Notes: generated by a model from the sequence alone, not told the origin. A stretch of DNA of 64,000 nt from a virus (IMGVR_UViG_3300011862_000001:32001-96000); one strand, 5' to 3'; positions 8,207 to 18,565 are shown, numbered from the stretch's first letter. A program made the numbers and translations.

Positions 8207-10717
8207 ATGGAAAACTGGCTGGTTGCTCACGCGTTGCAAAATGCGTGGCAGCGTCCAAGTAATGACGGGGTGTTGAACATCGCCCCGAATCGTATCTCGC
8301 CGCCGAACGGGGCCATTGGCTTCGTTCGTGATGGGCGCGCAACCATCCCCCTGCCTGGCGAAGGGTGGTGGCACATTTACACGGTGGATAAACTTCACCC
8401 CTACCTGGGTAATCTGGCCCTGCCTGCCGAGCGGTGGAAAAAGCTTTCCGCGTGCGTTAACGCCATGAGCACGTTTATGCTGCTGTATAACGACCGGGGT
8501 CTTACGGTACCGTTATCCAAAGCGCGTATCATCAAACGCTCCGGTGGTCAGCTGTTACTGGCGCTACCGCAGTCTGACCGCTACAGCTGGCTTGACACCG
8601 AAACGTTGTACTGGCGCATCTATGCCGGTTACGACGGTGGGGTTTACAGTGGGGTAATACTGCCGACGTTCGTGGAGTTTTGGGAAACCCCGAACGGAAC
8701 CCAGATTCAACGCTCACTGGAACGCTATCGGGCATTGGTTGCCGCCAAACAAGGTTACGTGACCTACTGGAAAAACGGGGTGCTATTAGAAAACCCGGTG
8801 TCCACCGATATTGCGGTGTGGGATGACGTGGAGATTCATGTCGATGGTCGCGTGAAGCGCGTCGTGGATTTTCGCTGTGGCGATTTACCCACGTTCCAGT
8901 CGGCACTTGATGACACCCGTAAGTACCTGCTGCATTTACCGAAGGGCAGCGATGTCTGGACCTTTAACCACGACGTGGAAATCCAGGTGTTGCGTAACCG
9001 GGATGGTCGCTACTACCATCGTCACCGTCATCAGGCGTTGCGTCAACTGACGTTTAACGACTTCAGTATTCCCACGGCACGCATTCGCGAAATGCGCCAG
9101 TCGTTTACTAACCTCACCGACATCGATGACCTGACGATTCGTCTGGTGATTCGTGATGACTACCTGCGTTTACCGGCGCTCTATAACTCAAGCCACATTC
9201 ACGACCTGTACAAGTTGAGCGATGATTTAATCATCAACGCCATCGTCGGGGTGAATGCCACTGTACCTGAGTGGGGAGCCAAGGAGTTAGAGCAGTCATC
9301 GGTCAACCGCTTGGCAGCAGCCAAGATGGCCAACATTACTAAGGAGCTGTGTACCAATGCATACGGTTACAATGCGGTCAGTCGCTACGCGGCGGATACC
9401 CCGCAAGCCTTGGTGTTCGATAACGGTAAATACCGCTGTCAATTGCCACCCTTGTTAGCCGCGCGCTGCGTGGTCTACGAGTACGACGGTAACGGGATGT
9501 TGCTGGGGCATTACTCACACAGCGGTACCGTGGAGTACGTGGCCCGCTCTTCGCAAGCCCGCCTAGTTGAGGCGATTGCCGGTGATGCTGCTGATGCCTT
9601 GAATATCGTTGATAACGCCCCGGACTTTACCGTCCCGGATGGGATTAATGTAGGACTGTGGATTCGCAAGGTCGTCAGTGGGCTTGGCACCAACGAGTAT
9701 GCCCTCGCGGTTGAAGGCACCGATTACACCCGCATCGATAACCAGATTACCTGGACCGTTGACCGTACCCGTCGCTGGCCGACCGTGGTCTACGATGACG
9801 TGCATCTGTTCTTTGAGCAGACAGTTAATGTCACCGATGGCCATATCCGCATTCCGATTTTGGGACGCAGTGCGACGGAGAGTGTGCGTACGCTGTGGAT
9901 GGAAATGGAAACCGTGGAAGTGTGGTTGAACGACCATCCGTTGGTCTACGGTATTGACTACGTCGTCAACTGGCCAGAAATTATGGTAGTGGCGAAGGTG
10001 TGGATTTCCGATGGTGGTACCAACAAAGTCTCGGTACGGGCACGCGGGGGCAGTGGTAAACTGCGTCCACCGAAAACCGGGTTTGTGGCAGCCGGACTGT
10101 TTTCCAACAACGACAGCTTTGACGTGCGTGACGACAAAGTGATTCGTGTGGTGGCAGGCGGTGGGTTATTGCTGCGCGGTGATGTGGTCTTTCGTGAAGA
10201 CAGCAGTGTGGGAACCAGTGTGGTGCCTGACGGCTATCCGTATTCGATTGATGACCCGACTATTCCGTTGCGTACGTTGGTAAGTGGTGACACCTACGAC
10301 CTGCGTGACCGTTCGCGGGATATCGATGGGCGCAGTGAGGAATACCTCAGTACCTTCCTACCGACACCTTCCCCGGTTGACCCGGTGCCACTGAAAGGCT
10401 GGTATCATTTGTTTAGTCCGTTGCTGAATAAGCTGCTGTGGGACTACAAAACCAAAAAACTGGTGCTGACCGAAGACGACCCGACTTACCGTATCTCGAC
10501 TGCCCAGTTGGATACGATATTCGAACGTTATCGGGACTTACTGGCGTTTGACCCGGCACACATCGGCTACAACAAAGCCTTTGTGCGTCTGCATCCGCAC
10601 GCCCAATACCAGATTATCGAAGTTGATGAGCTCGGCTTTGCGTTCTTAGACCGGGTGAATGCCCGCTACCTGAACGGTGAAGTTCAGCTTAACCAGTATC
10701 TGAAAATCAAAGGCTAA
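8207..10717 (+). CDS. Virion structural/baseplate protein (phiKZ gp27-like)
   Basis: 836 aa; N-terminal HALQNAWQRP; synteny. Confidence 0.65.
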   Translation: MENWLVAHALQNAWQRPSNDGVLNIAPNRISPPNGAIGFVRDGRATIPLPGEGWWHIYTVDKLHPYLGNLALPAERWKKLSACVNAMSTFMLLYNDRGLTVPLSKARIIKRSGGQLLLALPQSDRYSWLDTETLYWRIYAGYDGGVYSGVILPTFVEFWETPNGTQIQRSLERYRALVAAKQGYVTYWKNGVLLENPVSTDIAVWDDVEIHVDGRVKRVVDFRCGDLPTFQSALDDTRKYLLHLPKGSDVWTFNHDVEIQVLRNRDGRYYHRHRHQALRQLTFNDFSIPTARIREMRQSFTNLTDIDDLTIRLVIRDDYLRLPALYNSSHIHDLYKLSDDLIINAIVGVNATVPEWGAKELEQSSVNRLAAAKMANITKELCTNAYGYNAVSRYAADTPQALVFDNGKYRCQLPPLLAARCVVYEYDGNGMLLGHYSHSGTVEYVARSSQARLVEAIAGDAADALNIVDNAPDFTVPDGINVGLWIRKVVSGLGTNEYALAVEGTDYTRIDNQITWTVDRTRRWPTVVYDDVHLFFEQTVNVTDGHIRIPILGRSATESVRTLWMEMETVEVWLNDHPLVYGIDYVVNWPEIMVVAKVWISDGGTNKVSVRARGGSGKLRPPKTGFVAAGLFSNNDSFDVRDDKVIRVVAGGGLLLRGDVVFREDSSVGTSVVPDGYPYSIDDPTIPLRTLVSGDTYDLRDRSRDIDGRSEEYLSTFLPTPSPVDPVPLKGWYHLFSPLLNKLLWDYKTKKLVLTEDDPTYRISTAQLDTIFERYRDLLAFDPAHIGYNKAFVRLHPHAQYQIIEVDELGFAFLDRVNARYLNGEVQLNQYLKIKG

Positions 10718-10720
10718 CAC

Positions 10721-12364
10721 ATGACGACTCTATCGACCGATATTATCGATCCGGATCGCGGATGGCGTCACTGGGGGGCAGGTGAACTGTACTCCAAGGA
10801 CAAAATCACGGGCTTTGTGCCCAACCCAAAAGACTGGATTACCGACGAAGACACCGACCTGTTGTATAAAGTGTTAACGGTGAACTACGCGATACCGTCT
10901 TGGACCACCAAAGTCATTAACGGTATCCCGGCGGCGAATGCCGATAAGATTCTCGGTGGCCATTATCCGCTGCGTTCTGACAAGTTCCGCATTTACGTGG
11001 ACTCGACCAAGAACCCAGCGACCATGGTGTTGGATAACAACCTCACCTGGAACGGTCCGGACGTGGATGCGATTCGTATCTTCCGGGGTACGGATATCTC
11101 TGACACCGGTGAGATTCTCTCAGGCTATTACCGTAACGGTAAGCTTGATAAGAACTACCTGCCGATGCAGACCATCTCCAAAGACGGTGTGGATACCGTG
11201 GTGAAAACGGCACTGCCTGGTTGTGCGCTAGCTCCGGTGAAACACGGCGAGGAGTTCTCCTTTGTCGTGTATGCCGATGATGGCAGTGTCATCCAGATGG
11301 GGACCGGTTACTTTATCCTCACTAACCTCGTGATGTCCCAAGAGACGCCGTCACGTCAGGTGGTGGATATCCGCTTGGAATCGCCGTTCATCGTCGATGA
11401 CAACGGCACGGTACTAACCCTGCCGGTGAATATCCCGCTGGACTCCATTCCGTTAAAAGCGGTGGTGCGTTACAGCGATGGCGAGAAGGTGTTGCCGATT
11501 GACGGTGCACGCGTCAAGCTTAACGGCTTACGTAACGCCGGTGCTCACGACACGTATTACATCGCCTCGAACTCCGGTAACGAGTTGCCGCTGGTATTAA
11601 GCTATATGCTGGCCAAAGGCGAAACCTTCGTGGGGCCGAACATCAACGACGGTATGGTCTGGAAAGATTACACCGCTGTGACTGAAGCGGTCGACGGCGC
11701 GTACTCGATGAAACTGTTTGTGGTACCGAAGTGGCTTGATGCGACACGCGGTTATCGTTTACAGTTCTTCTTGTACAACTTAACGCGTGGTTTGGTGTAC
11801 GATGCAACGGCTGCGGTCGCCTTTACCACCGGTACCGCATTTGACCCGCTGTTAATGGGTGTCAAACAACGCCTGAACGTGCAGTGCGACATCAGTCGGG
11901 TGAACCCAGCGTACCGGGCGTTTATCCAGTCACAATCGTTTGCGATTACGCTGGTAAACCCGGGCAACGAGCTCAACACCAACTACCTGCTGGAGTATCT
12001 GCCAGAAGGGCTGAAATACGGCGAGAACGTGTGGGCCGAGTTTAAATACTCGAACGTCAACTACTCGGAATTGAACGTAGCCGTTAAAGCTACTAACAAA
12101 GCCCAGTGGCTGGCCACCCTGTACGACCCGATTTATCCGCTGTACGACCGGCGTAACGAAATGGGCCCGCTGGAACCGACCCACTTCGAAATCCACGTAG
12201 GGGGTAACGTTTATACCTACCCGGTTGATGACTGGATGACCAAGAAGGTTATCGACTATCGTGTGGCGTTAAACGATGTTCTGGTTATACGCTGGATTCG
12301 TCGTACCCCGACGAACGACCTGCAACTGGGTTGCTCCCCGTTGTTGGCGCACAGCATCACCTAA
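10721..12364 (+). CDS. Virion structural protein (phiKZ gp26-like)
   Basis: 547 aa, beta-rich, directly upstream of the terminase. Confidence 0.65.
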   Translation: MTTLSTDIIDPDRGWRHWGAGELYSKDKITGFVPNPKDWITDEDTDLLYKVLTVNYAIPSWTTKVINGIPAANADKILGGHYPLRSDKFRIYVDSTKNPATMVLDNNLTWNGPDVDAIRIFRGTDISDTGEILSGYYRNGKLDKNYLPMQTISKDGVDTVVKTALPGCALAPVKHGEEFSFVVYADDGSVIQMGTGYFILTNLVMSQETPSRQVVDIRLESPFIVDDNGTVLTLPVNIPLDSIPLKAVVRYSDGEKVLPIDGARVKLNGLRNAGAHDTYYIASNSGNELPLVLSYMLAKGETFVGPNINDGMVWKDYTAVTEAVDGAYSMKLFVVPKWLDATRGYRLQFFLYNLTRGLVYDATAAVAFTTGTAFDPLLMGVKQRLNVQCDISRVNPAYRAFIQSQSFAITLVNPGNELNTNYLLEYLPEGLKYGENVWAEFKYSNVNYSELNVAVKATNKAQWLATLYDPIYPLYDRRNEMGPLEPTHFEIHVGGNVYTYPVDDWMTKKVIDYRVALNDVLVIRWIRRTPTNDLQLGCSPLLAHSIT

Positions 12365-12406
12365 ATGCACTCCTCCTCCCCGCAAGGGGAGGAGTGAGGA
12401 GGTTTT

Positions 12407-14518
12407 ATGATATTGCGTGAATCCGACTGGGGCTACTACCCTGGTGCGATTGTGGACGATACCACAACCAACAAACACTTTGTTCGTTTTGCTGATACCC
12501 TGCGAAAACTCGGGGTGCGACACTGGTATTTGGTGCTCGCCCTGCATAACCCGGAATTGCGTGGTGTTAACCCGCACAGCCCCGACCTCACCATTCAGCA
12601 ACAAGGGATGATTATCGAGGAGTGTGCAGAAAACCCGTGGTATTACTTGCGTGAATGCGTCAAGGTTCCCTCGGATGGTACCGATGGGATGCCTTTTAAA
12701 ATCGACCGCGGTAACTTCGCGATGTTCTGGATTTTCTTTAACAACATCGACTCCGGGATTGAGTTCCTTCGCCAGCACGGTAAGACCGTCGGGATGTGTT
12801 CCCTGATGAGTTGGCTGCTGCGCTTTTTAGAGAAGTCTCGTACCATCCTTATCACCAAAGGGCCGGTACTGCGTGAAGAAACCATCACCAAACTCAAAGA
12901 GATTCGCAACGCCTTACCGAAATACCTGTGGCCTATCCACCCTGATGACCCGGACAACAAAGAAGCCTTTGCCTGTATGGCGATGGGCAACAAACTGATT
13001 ACCGCGATTGGTCAGAACGACGAGCAATCCGCAAACGGTGTGGGTCGTGGCTTAACTGCCGGTCGTCTGTTCTCGGATGAAGGCCCCTTTACCAACAACA
13101 TTCACATCATCTTACCGGCCGCGCTGGCATCCGGTACGGCGGCTCGCCAGATTAACGAAGACAACGGGGTGCCATACGGGAACGTGTTTGCCACAACGCC
13201 TGGGGACTTAGCCACCCCGGAAGGCAAATACATGTACGAGCTGATGAATTCAGGCATTATCTGGGATGAGCGACTGATTGACGTGCCGACACGTAAACAG
13301 TTGATTGACATCATTAAGAAGAACTCGATGCGCCCGAAGATGCCGCGTATCATGTTCTACGTCAAGTTCAACCACCGACAGCTCGGTACCAGTGATGAAA
13401 AGCTCGCCGCGATGATTGCGAACGCCACCGGTAGTCCGGATCAGATTCGTCGTGACTTCGGGGGTGAGTGGACCACCGGGGGCTTTAACAAGCCGTTCTC
13501 CGGGGAAGACGCCGAGCGTATGAACAAGTCGCGTATGCGCGCCGTGTTCAAAGACATTAGCTCCTCGAACTACATCACCGATTGGTATTACAAAGAAGAG
13601 GACATGGTTATCAAACTCCAGGACCGCCACATCATCGGTCTGGATACCTCTGAAGCCGTGGGCCGTGATGCCATCGCGATGTCGATTGTTAACTCAGTGA
13701 CTGCCGAGTATGCCGGTAAGTTGACCATCAACGAAACCAACGTCATCGGCTTTGCGATTCACTTAGCGGAGTTCATGGTCACCTACCCTAACACGGTATT
13801 GATTCTCGAACGCCGCTCCACCGGTTCCTCGGTGGCTGACGCCATTATCCTTCAACTGCAATCGAAGGTGCCGGATTTGCACCGTCGGCTGTATGTGAAG
13901 ATAACGCAAGACTACGGCCGTAATGACGAGCTGTATAAAGAATACGCACGCGGACCCGGGAATCGTCCTGAGCTGTTTTGGGACAAGTTCCGTAAATACA
14001 TTGGTTTTGCTACCGACGGAGAGAAACGTAAGAAATTATATGGTGAGGTATTCACCATGGCCCTGCGACTTTCGGCTCACCTGTTACGTAGTGGTGAATT
14101 GATTGACCAAATCCTCAGTCTGGTAGAACGTAACGGTCGTATTGACCACCAACGCTCCGGCCACGATGACTTGGTTATCTCTTGGCTACTGGCAATGTGG
14201 TTATTGATTTTTGGTAAGAACTTAAACCATTACGGAATAAGCAATAATCGCCTGATGATTCGTAACCGGAACATGTTATCGGGAACGAAATCTGACAAGG
14301 ATGAAGATGCCCAGGTTGAGCAAGAGGAGCGCCAACAGCAACTGATGGGAGAAATCGAGCGAGTGATGAAGGAAGGGGCGGGTGTGAGTTGTCCTATCCG
14401 TCAGATGTCCATTCGTGCTCGACTACAATCCCTTATCGATCAACTAGAAACAGACGTGAGAAACGTCGCGTCGATGGAGAGCTTGAAAGAGCTTATCCAA
14501 CGCCAGAGGATGAAGTGA
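12407..14518 (+). CDS. terL: Terminase large subunit
   Basis: Walker A RQHGKT, GRG-x-T, Walker B LFSDE, coupling motif ATT, and nuclease motifs GLDTS and HDDLV. Confidence 0.92.
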   Translation: MILRESDWGYYPGAIVDDTTTNKHFVRFADTLRKLGVRHWYLVLALHNPELRGVNPHSPDLTIQQQGMIIEECAENPWYYLRECVKVPSDGTDGMPFKIDRGNFAMFWIFFNNIDSGIEFLRQHGKTVGMCSLMSWLLRFLEKSRTILITKGPVLREETITKLKEIRNALPKYLWPIHPDDPDNKEAFACMAMGNKLITAIGQNDEQSANGVGRGLTAGRLFSDEGPFTNNIHIILPAALASGTAARQINEDNGVPYGNVFATTPGDLATPEGKYMYELMNSGIIWDERLIDVPTRKQLIDIIKKNSMRPKMPRIMFYVKFNHRQLGTSDEKLAAMIANATGSPDQIRRDFGGEWTTGGFNKPFSGEDAERMNKSRMRAVFKDISSSNYITDWYYKEEDMVIKLQDRHIIGLDTSEAVGRDAIAMSIVNSVTAEYAGKLTINETNVIGFAIHLAEFMVTYPNTVLILERRSTGSSVADAIILQLQSKVPDLHRRLYVKITQDYGRNDELYKEYARGPGNRPELFWDKFRKYIGFATDGEKRKKLYGEVFTMALRLSAHLLRSGELIDQILSLVERNGRIDHQRSGHDDLVISWLLAMWLLIFGKNLNHYGISNNRLMIRNRNMLSGTKSDKDEDAQVEQEERQQQLMGEIERVMKEGAGVSCPIRQMSIRARLQSLIDQLETDVRNVASMESLKELIQRQRMK

Positions 14519-14745
14519 TGACTCAACTTTATTACCTTGCTATTGCGTTAACCTGGATAACCCTACTGATGTGCGTCAGACACACGTATGGGGTTGTTGT
14601 GGAATACGCGTATCAAAATAACATCGGCCGGATGGCCACTTTGCGTTCCCTTGCTTTTGTGGTTAGTGTGGGGGTATTGTTTGGTGGGGCCGCAACCTAC
14701 GGGATGAATTACGTATATACATTACATACGTTGGCGATGTTGTAA
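14518..14745 (+). CDS. Small membrane protein with two predicted transmembrane segments
   Basis: ATG overlaps the terL stop (TGATG); hydrophobic runs LYYLAIALTWITLLM and LAFVVSVGVLFGGAA. Confidence 0.65.
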   Translation: MTQLYYLAIALTWITLLMCVRHTYGVVVEYAYQNNIGRMATLRSLAFVVSVGVLFGGAATYGMNYVYTLHTLAML

Positions 14746-14770
14746 GGTTACTGGCAAAAAAGAAAGACTG

Positions 14771-14808
14771 AGGTACCTACCCGCTATGGGGTAGGTACCT
14801 TTTATTTT
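14771..14808. terminator. Bidirectional terminator
   Basis: AGGTACCTACCC...GGGTAGGTACCT inverted repeat with a T tract, between convergent genes. Confidence 0.8.
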
Positions 14809-16173
14809 TTAACTCGCAATCGCACGAATCAAGAAATAAAGCAGCAGCGCATTACGCACCGCCGCCAGGGCAGCGCCGTTGGTTAAGTGGGTTTGCTTTT
14901 TCACCAGCTTCTCAATGCGCTCACGTAACGATAAGACATATTCGTTGGTGGTCTTAGAAGACTGGTACAACGCCCGCATCCGGTTTAACAAAAACGCCAC
15001 GTCTTTAAAGTTGATACGGTTTGAGACAATCAAATCAAAGGCATGTGCCAAAGCATCCGCCATGATTTGTTCCACCTCGTTACGCTTAGGGCCTAACGGT
15101 TGTGAGGCGATATACAGCAGCACCGTCTTCATCGCCACCGGCGAGGCTTTAGGTACCATCTCAAGGGCTACCCGCGCTAACTCGTCTTTGTAGAAGTTGT
15201 TGATGTCCCAGGAAGCATCGAACAGCGTCTGCTTGGCGGTATTGAGTGCCGTCACCTTATCACGGATAATGGTTTCGCCGTCAAGGTCAATCTTCGAGGA
15301 CTGCGACACCACACGACTGTTCTCCCGACGTACCCGGTCAAGCACCGCGTAGTAGTCCTTCACGGTTTGCTTGGTACGGGTGTTGAGGTCAGTGATAAAG
15401 CGAATCAACAGGTCGGGCGTGTTAAACGCTTTCACTTCGTTGTAGTGCGGTGACTCACGCGAGACGAAATACTCGGCACGCTCGGTGACGTGTTGGCCCC
15501 AGTTACCCATGCGGCGAATATCAAACTTCAGTGACAGTTGGGAGTAGGCCGCTTCAGCAGCGGGCATGTCCACGGGCTTTGGAAAGAAGTGGTAGTAGAT
15601 ACTCGAGTAGAACTTGAACTGCAACAGCTTGACGATATCGACAGCGGCGTTATACAGGTCCTTATCGCTGAACTTCGGAATCAAGCGATGCACCAGGTAA
15701 GTCACGGCCAGGTTAAAGGTATCGCCAGCAACCGCCCATTCGCCGTTGATGGTTTTGGTCTGGTCGATAGTCGCCTGAAGGTAATCCTCGTCGACCTCTA
15801 ATACCTGGTCAAACAGTTTGTTACGGTCGGAGTCAAAAAAGCGGATGGTGTGCACACCCAACAGATTCGAGCCAAACCACTCGACGTTACCCTCACGGCC
15901 AAACACCCCCGAGACGTATAAACGAATACGGGTGGCTAAGCGTTTGTCAAACTGGACATTTTTGAAAGCATCATCAAACGCTTTACGCAGGGCATCGGTT
16001 TTCATCGCCTCGGTAGCGACCAGTTGGCGCAAGGGCAGATAGCCGCCCAAGCTGTAATCGTAATACAGTCCGTCCAGGTCATCATCGTCGTTATTCCGAC
16101 GGGCTTCATGGGCAACGGACAGGCCAGGGTCGACGTATATCCCCCGTTGGAAATCGTAGACTAACTCAGACAT
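14809..16173 (-). CDS. Conserved jumbo-phage protein, probably a processed head protein
   Basis: 454 aa; acidic N-terminal propeptide-like region with two AxE sites (VAHEA, VATEA). Confidence 0.6.
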   Translation of the reverse strand: MSELVYDFQRGIYVDPGLSVAHEARRNNDDDDLDGLYYDYSLGGYLPLRQLVATEAMKTDALRKAFDDAFKNVQFDKRLATRIRLYVSGVFGREGNVEWFGSNLLGVHTIRFFDSDRNKLFDQVLEVDEDYLQATIDQTKTINGEWAVAGDTFNLAVTYLVHRLIPKFSDKDLYNAAVDIVKLLQFKFYSSIYYHFFPKPVDMPAAEAAYSQLSLKFDIRRMGNWGQHVTERAEYFVSRESPHYNEVKAFNTPDLLIRFITDLNTRTKQTVKDYYAVLDRVRRENSRVVSQSSKIDLDGETIIRDKVTALNTAKQTLFDASWDINNFYKDELARVALEMVPKASPVAMKTVLLYIASQPLGPKRNEVEQIMADALAHAFDLIVSNRINFKDVAFLLNRMRALYQSSKTTNEYVLSLRERIEKLVKKQTHLTNGAALAAVRNALLLYFLIRAIAS

Positions 16174-16187
16174 GGTATATAACCTCT

Positions 16188-16217
16188 AAAAAATTACGGA
16201 TAGATATTATCATTGTG
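16188..16217 (+). promoter_or_regulatory. Class-1 promoter
   Basis: AAAAAATTACGGATAGATATTATC..GTG, near-identical to 36558-36587. Confidence 0.65.
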
Positions 16218-16241
16218 TCTAACCTAAAGGAGTTTTAAACC

Positions 16242-17369
16242 ATGCAGAACCTTGAGCGTAAAGTCGTATGGCGTAAACGCTGTACCACCCCCGGCTATGA
16301 CGAGACGAAACGTGTCACCATGTGGGCTTTACCTCATGGCTGCATGTGTACCTTGCGACAAATCAGCGGTATGCCCATTTTAGATAATGGTTCCTACACT
16401 GCTGCGAATTCGCTACTCGCCAAATTACTGATGGATGCCGGTCTTAGCGGCACAGTCATTATTTATTCCACGGAAGTGATTCCGCAAAATACTTCCCGTT
16501 GGTTGACCTGGTGGATGTCCACCGATCCAACGTTGGACGACCCTTTACTGCGGACGATTACGGTAACCACCCTCGGACAAACGCCTACTAAGCCGTTGCC
16601 GTTCCAGGTTAACGTAATTGAACCGTTGCAATTGCAGGCGATGGGCGTAATGTCAACATTACGCGCCCAATCCCGCAACCCAGCCATCTCGATTTTCCTC
16701 CTTGAGGATGAGGGGCTGTTGTACCGACTTGAACCTGAACGGCGTACGGATGCCAAAGTGATCGATTGCACCGCCTATGGGTACGTGCTACGTACTCCAT
16801 CGCATCACGTCTTCCTGGCCAACAAAGTTTCTCGTCGAATACAGGGACAGTTAGCTCAACATGAACTACGTCCCGAAGATCTGATCGGAGCAACCGTGAA
16901 GGTCGAATACACGATGTTTACTGGCGGTAACCGCTTGTGCAACTACAAGTCGCCCATCGTGTTTCGCTGTGCATCGTTAGATAACCTCAACGATGCAGAC
17001 GTCCCCCCATACCATGGCCCTTTCATGTTCCTCTCGAACGAACCGGAGAAAAGTGCGCTGCTGACCGCAACCCGGTGTGGACGAGCAAGAATTGAACTTA
17101 TTGATGGCGCTATTGTGGGACGGGATGTGGAGTCCGACATCGTCCTATTCACCATTCGGAAGGGAGCCGAACCAGGCCTGTATATGGCATTACTGGAGCG
17201 TGGTGGACAGTCGGAAGAATGGCGTTTTGAGTCACCGTTTGCAGTCGATGCACTCGACCCTGATGTGTTTATTCGTTCGGTAGATGATAATATTTATCAC
17301 GCTACGGGATACGGGTTAAAACATTTGGGACTCAAATATGCCGATCATACACAGTCGCCGAAAATATAG
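16242..17369 (+). CDS. Degenerate ATP-dependent DNA ligase-like protein with catalytic motifs lost
   Basis: Ligase-like segments EGLLYRLEPERRTDAKVID and EDLIGATVKVEY...KSPIVF, but no KxDG; AAGGAG RBS. The ORF is secure; the function is inferred. Confidence 0.5.
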   Translation: MQNLERKVVWRKRCTTPGYDETKRVTMWALPHGCMCTLRQISGMPILDNGSYTAANSLLAKLLMDAGLSGTVIIYSTEVIPQNTSRWLTWWMSTDPTLDDPLLRTITVTTLGQTPTKPLPFQVNVIEPLQLQAMGVMSTLRAQSRNPAISIFLLEDEGLLYRLEPERRTDAKVIDCTAYGYVLRTPSHHVFLANKVSRRIQGQLAQHELRPEDLIGATVKVEYTMFTGGNRLCNYKSPIVFRCASLDNLNDADVPPYHGPFMFLSNEPEKSALLTATRCGRARIELIDGAIVGRDVESDIVLFTIRKGAEPGLYMALLERGGQSEEWRFESPFAVDALDPDVFIRSVDDNIYHATGYGLKHLGLKYADHTQSPKI

Positions 17370-17378
17370 GAGTGCGTT

Positions 17379-17888
17379 ATGTTCACTACACCAACAATCA
17401 GTTCCGTGCAGGGGCTGCGTGTGGTCTGTCAAGACGCTCGTCTCGCTCAGCTATGCGACGAAGGCATTATCACCGCGATGGTGAGTTACAACCCATTTGG
17501 AAATTACAGCGACACCCGTGAGATTCGTATCGCGGCGGCTGTGATGAAACGCCTGGTCGGGAACCTTACCGTTCCTGAGCTGTGCCGTATCGTCGATAAC
17601 CAACCCGTGCTGGTAAAAGGGATGGTGGCGTTACTGCAAGACGGCGTAGCATCTTTCGATTCCGGTATTGGAAACTTCCTGGATATTAGCTCTGGGTTTG
17701 AAAATGGTATGTTCTTCGTAAGTAAAGAGCGTTATGACGCGGTATGGAATTATCTGGGGATGTGCGGTGTGACCGTGCCTCAGAAACTTCGTGATTACCA
17801 ACTCTATGACGTGAACGCCTTTGGGGAACCGGGTCTTTGGATTAAACCGGTTTACTTAGGTTTGAATGGCAGTTCCATCCTTGCGTAA
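17379..17888 (+). CDS. Hypothetical protein
   Basis: 169 aa with AGGAG RBS. Confidence 0.75.
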   Translation: MFTTPTISSVQGLRVVCQDARLAQLCDEGIITAMVSYNPFGNYSDTREIRIAAAVMKRLVGNLTVPELCRIVDNQPVLVKGMVALLQDGVASFDSGIGNFLDISSGFENGMFFVSKERYDAVWNYLGMCGVTVPQKLRDYQLYDVNAFGEPGLWIKPVYLGLNGSSILA

Positions 17889-17890
17889 AT

Positions 17891-17932
17891 AGTACCCGTA
17901 CTGCTTCGGCGGTACGGGTACTTTATCTTTTT
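17891..17932 (+). terminator. Intrinsic terminator
   Basis: GTACCCGTAC..TTCG..GTACGGGTAC followed by a T-rich tail. Confidence 0.8.
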
Positions 17933-17950
17933 AATTTTAAGGAGTTTTTC

Positions 17951-18487
17951 ATGTTTAGTATTGTTGATATCATCGACGTCATGTGTGACCACTACGAAGA
18001 CACCCCGACCTGGAAAGAGATGAACCTCGGAGCGCGTACGGTGCTCGAGGTAGGTCAGGAATTCGAAGGGGTACCGATTCTGCGTATGGAGCGTGACGGG
18101 GTGGTCGTCGACTTCCAACTGCTGCGAGCGAACGGCGATAATTTGTTTATCTTTCTGAATAGCTTCCAGGAGCCCCTCAATCGCGCTATGCTGGACGAAC
18201 TGCGTCAGGTGCTACATACGGCCACCCTGGTGGAGAAAGACGCCGTATACGCCGTTGTGGAAGCCCAGTACGTGGCAGAAGAAATCCTGGCTGATATGGT
18301 GGCCCTGGAAATCCCCGACGCCGTGTTGGAAAACAGTCCGGAACTCCAGGAAAAATACGGGGCCATTTTTCAGCACGCGAAAGCGCGTGGCCTGACGCCT
18401 ATCGTCGGGGTACCGTACACCGAAGAATTCATGAGCCAGATGCTCCCGCAAGGCTTCAAGATTCTCGATTACATTTACGTGCTGTAA
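17951..18487 (+). CDS. Hypothetical protein, paralog of 19552-20094
   Basis: 178 aa; shares L-x-ELR-x-V...ATL...A-x-[YF]AV-x-E and a G-[FL]K...Y-x-L C-terminus. Confidence 0.75.
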   Translation: MFSIVDIIDVMCDHYEDTPTWKEMNLGARTVLEVGQEFEGVPILRMERDGVVVDFQLLRANGDNLFIFLNSFQEPLNRAMLDELRQVLHTATLVEKDAVYAVVEAQYVAEEILADMVALEIPDAVLENSPELQEKYGAIFQHAKARGLTPIVGVPYTEEFMSQMLPQGFKILDYIYVL

Positions 18488-18492
18488 ACACG

Positions 18493-18519
18493 AGGGGAGG
18501 CGACTCCCCTTTATTTTTT
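18493..18519 (+). terminator. Intrinsic terminator
   Basis: AGGGGAG-GCGA-CTCCCCT followed by a T run. Confidence 0.8.
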
Positions 18520-18540
18520 GTCCGGTAAGAATAAAAAAGA

Positions 18541-18565
18541 TTTCAGATATATATTACCTCAGTGA
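18541..18565 (+). promoter_or_regulatory. Class-1 promoter
   Basis: TTTCAGATATATATTACCT..GTGA; first 19 nt identical to 25581-25599; contains TATATTAC. Confidence 0.75.
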
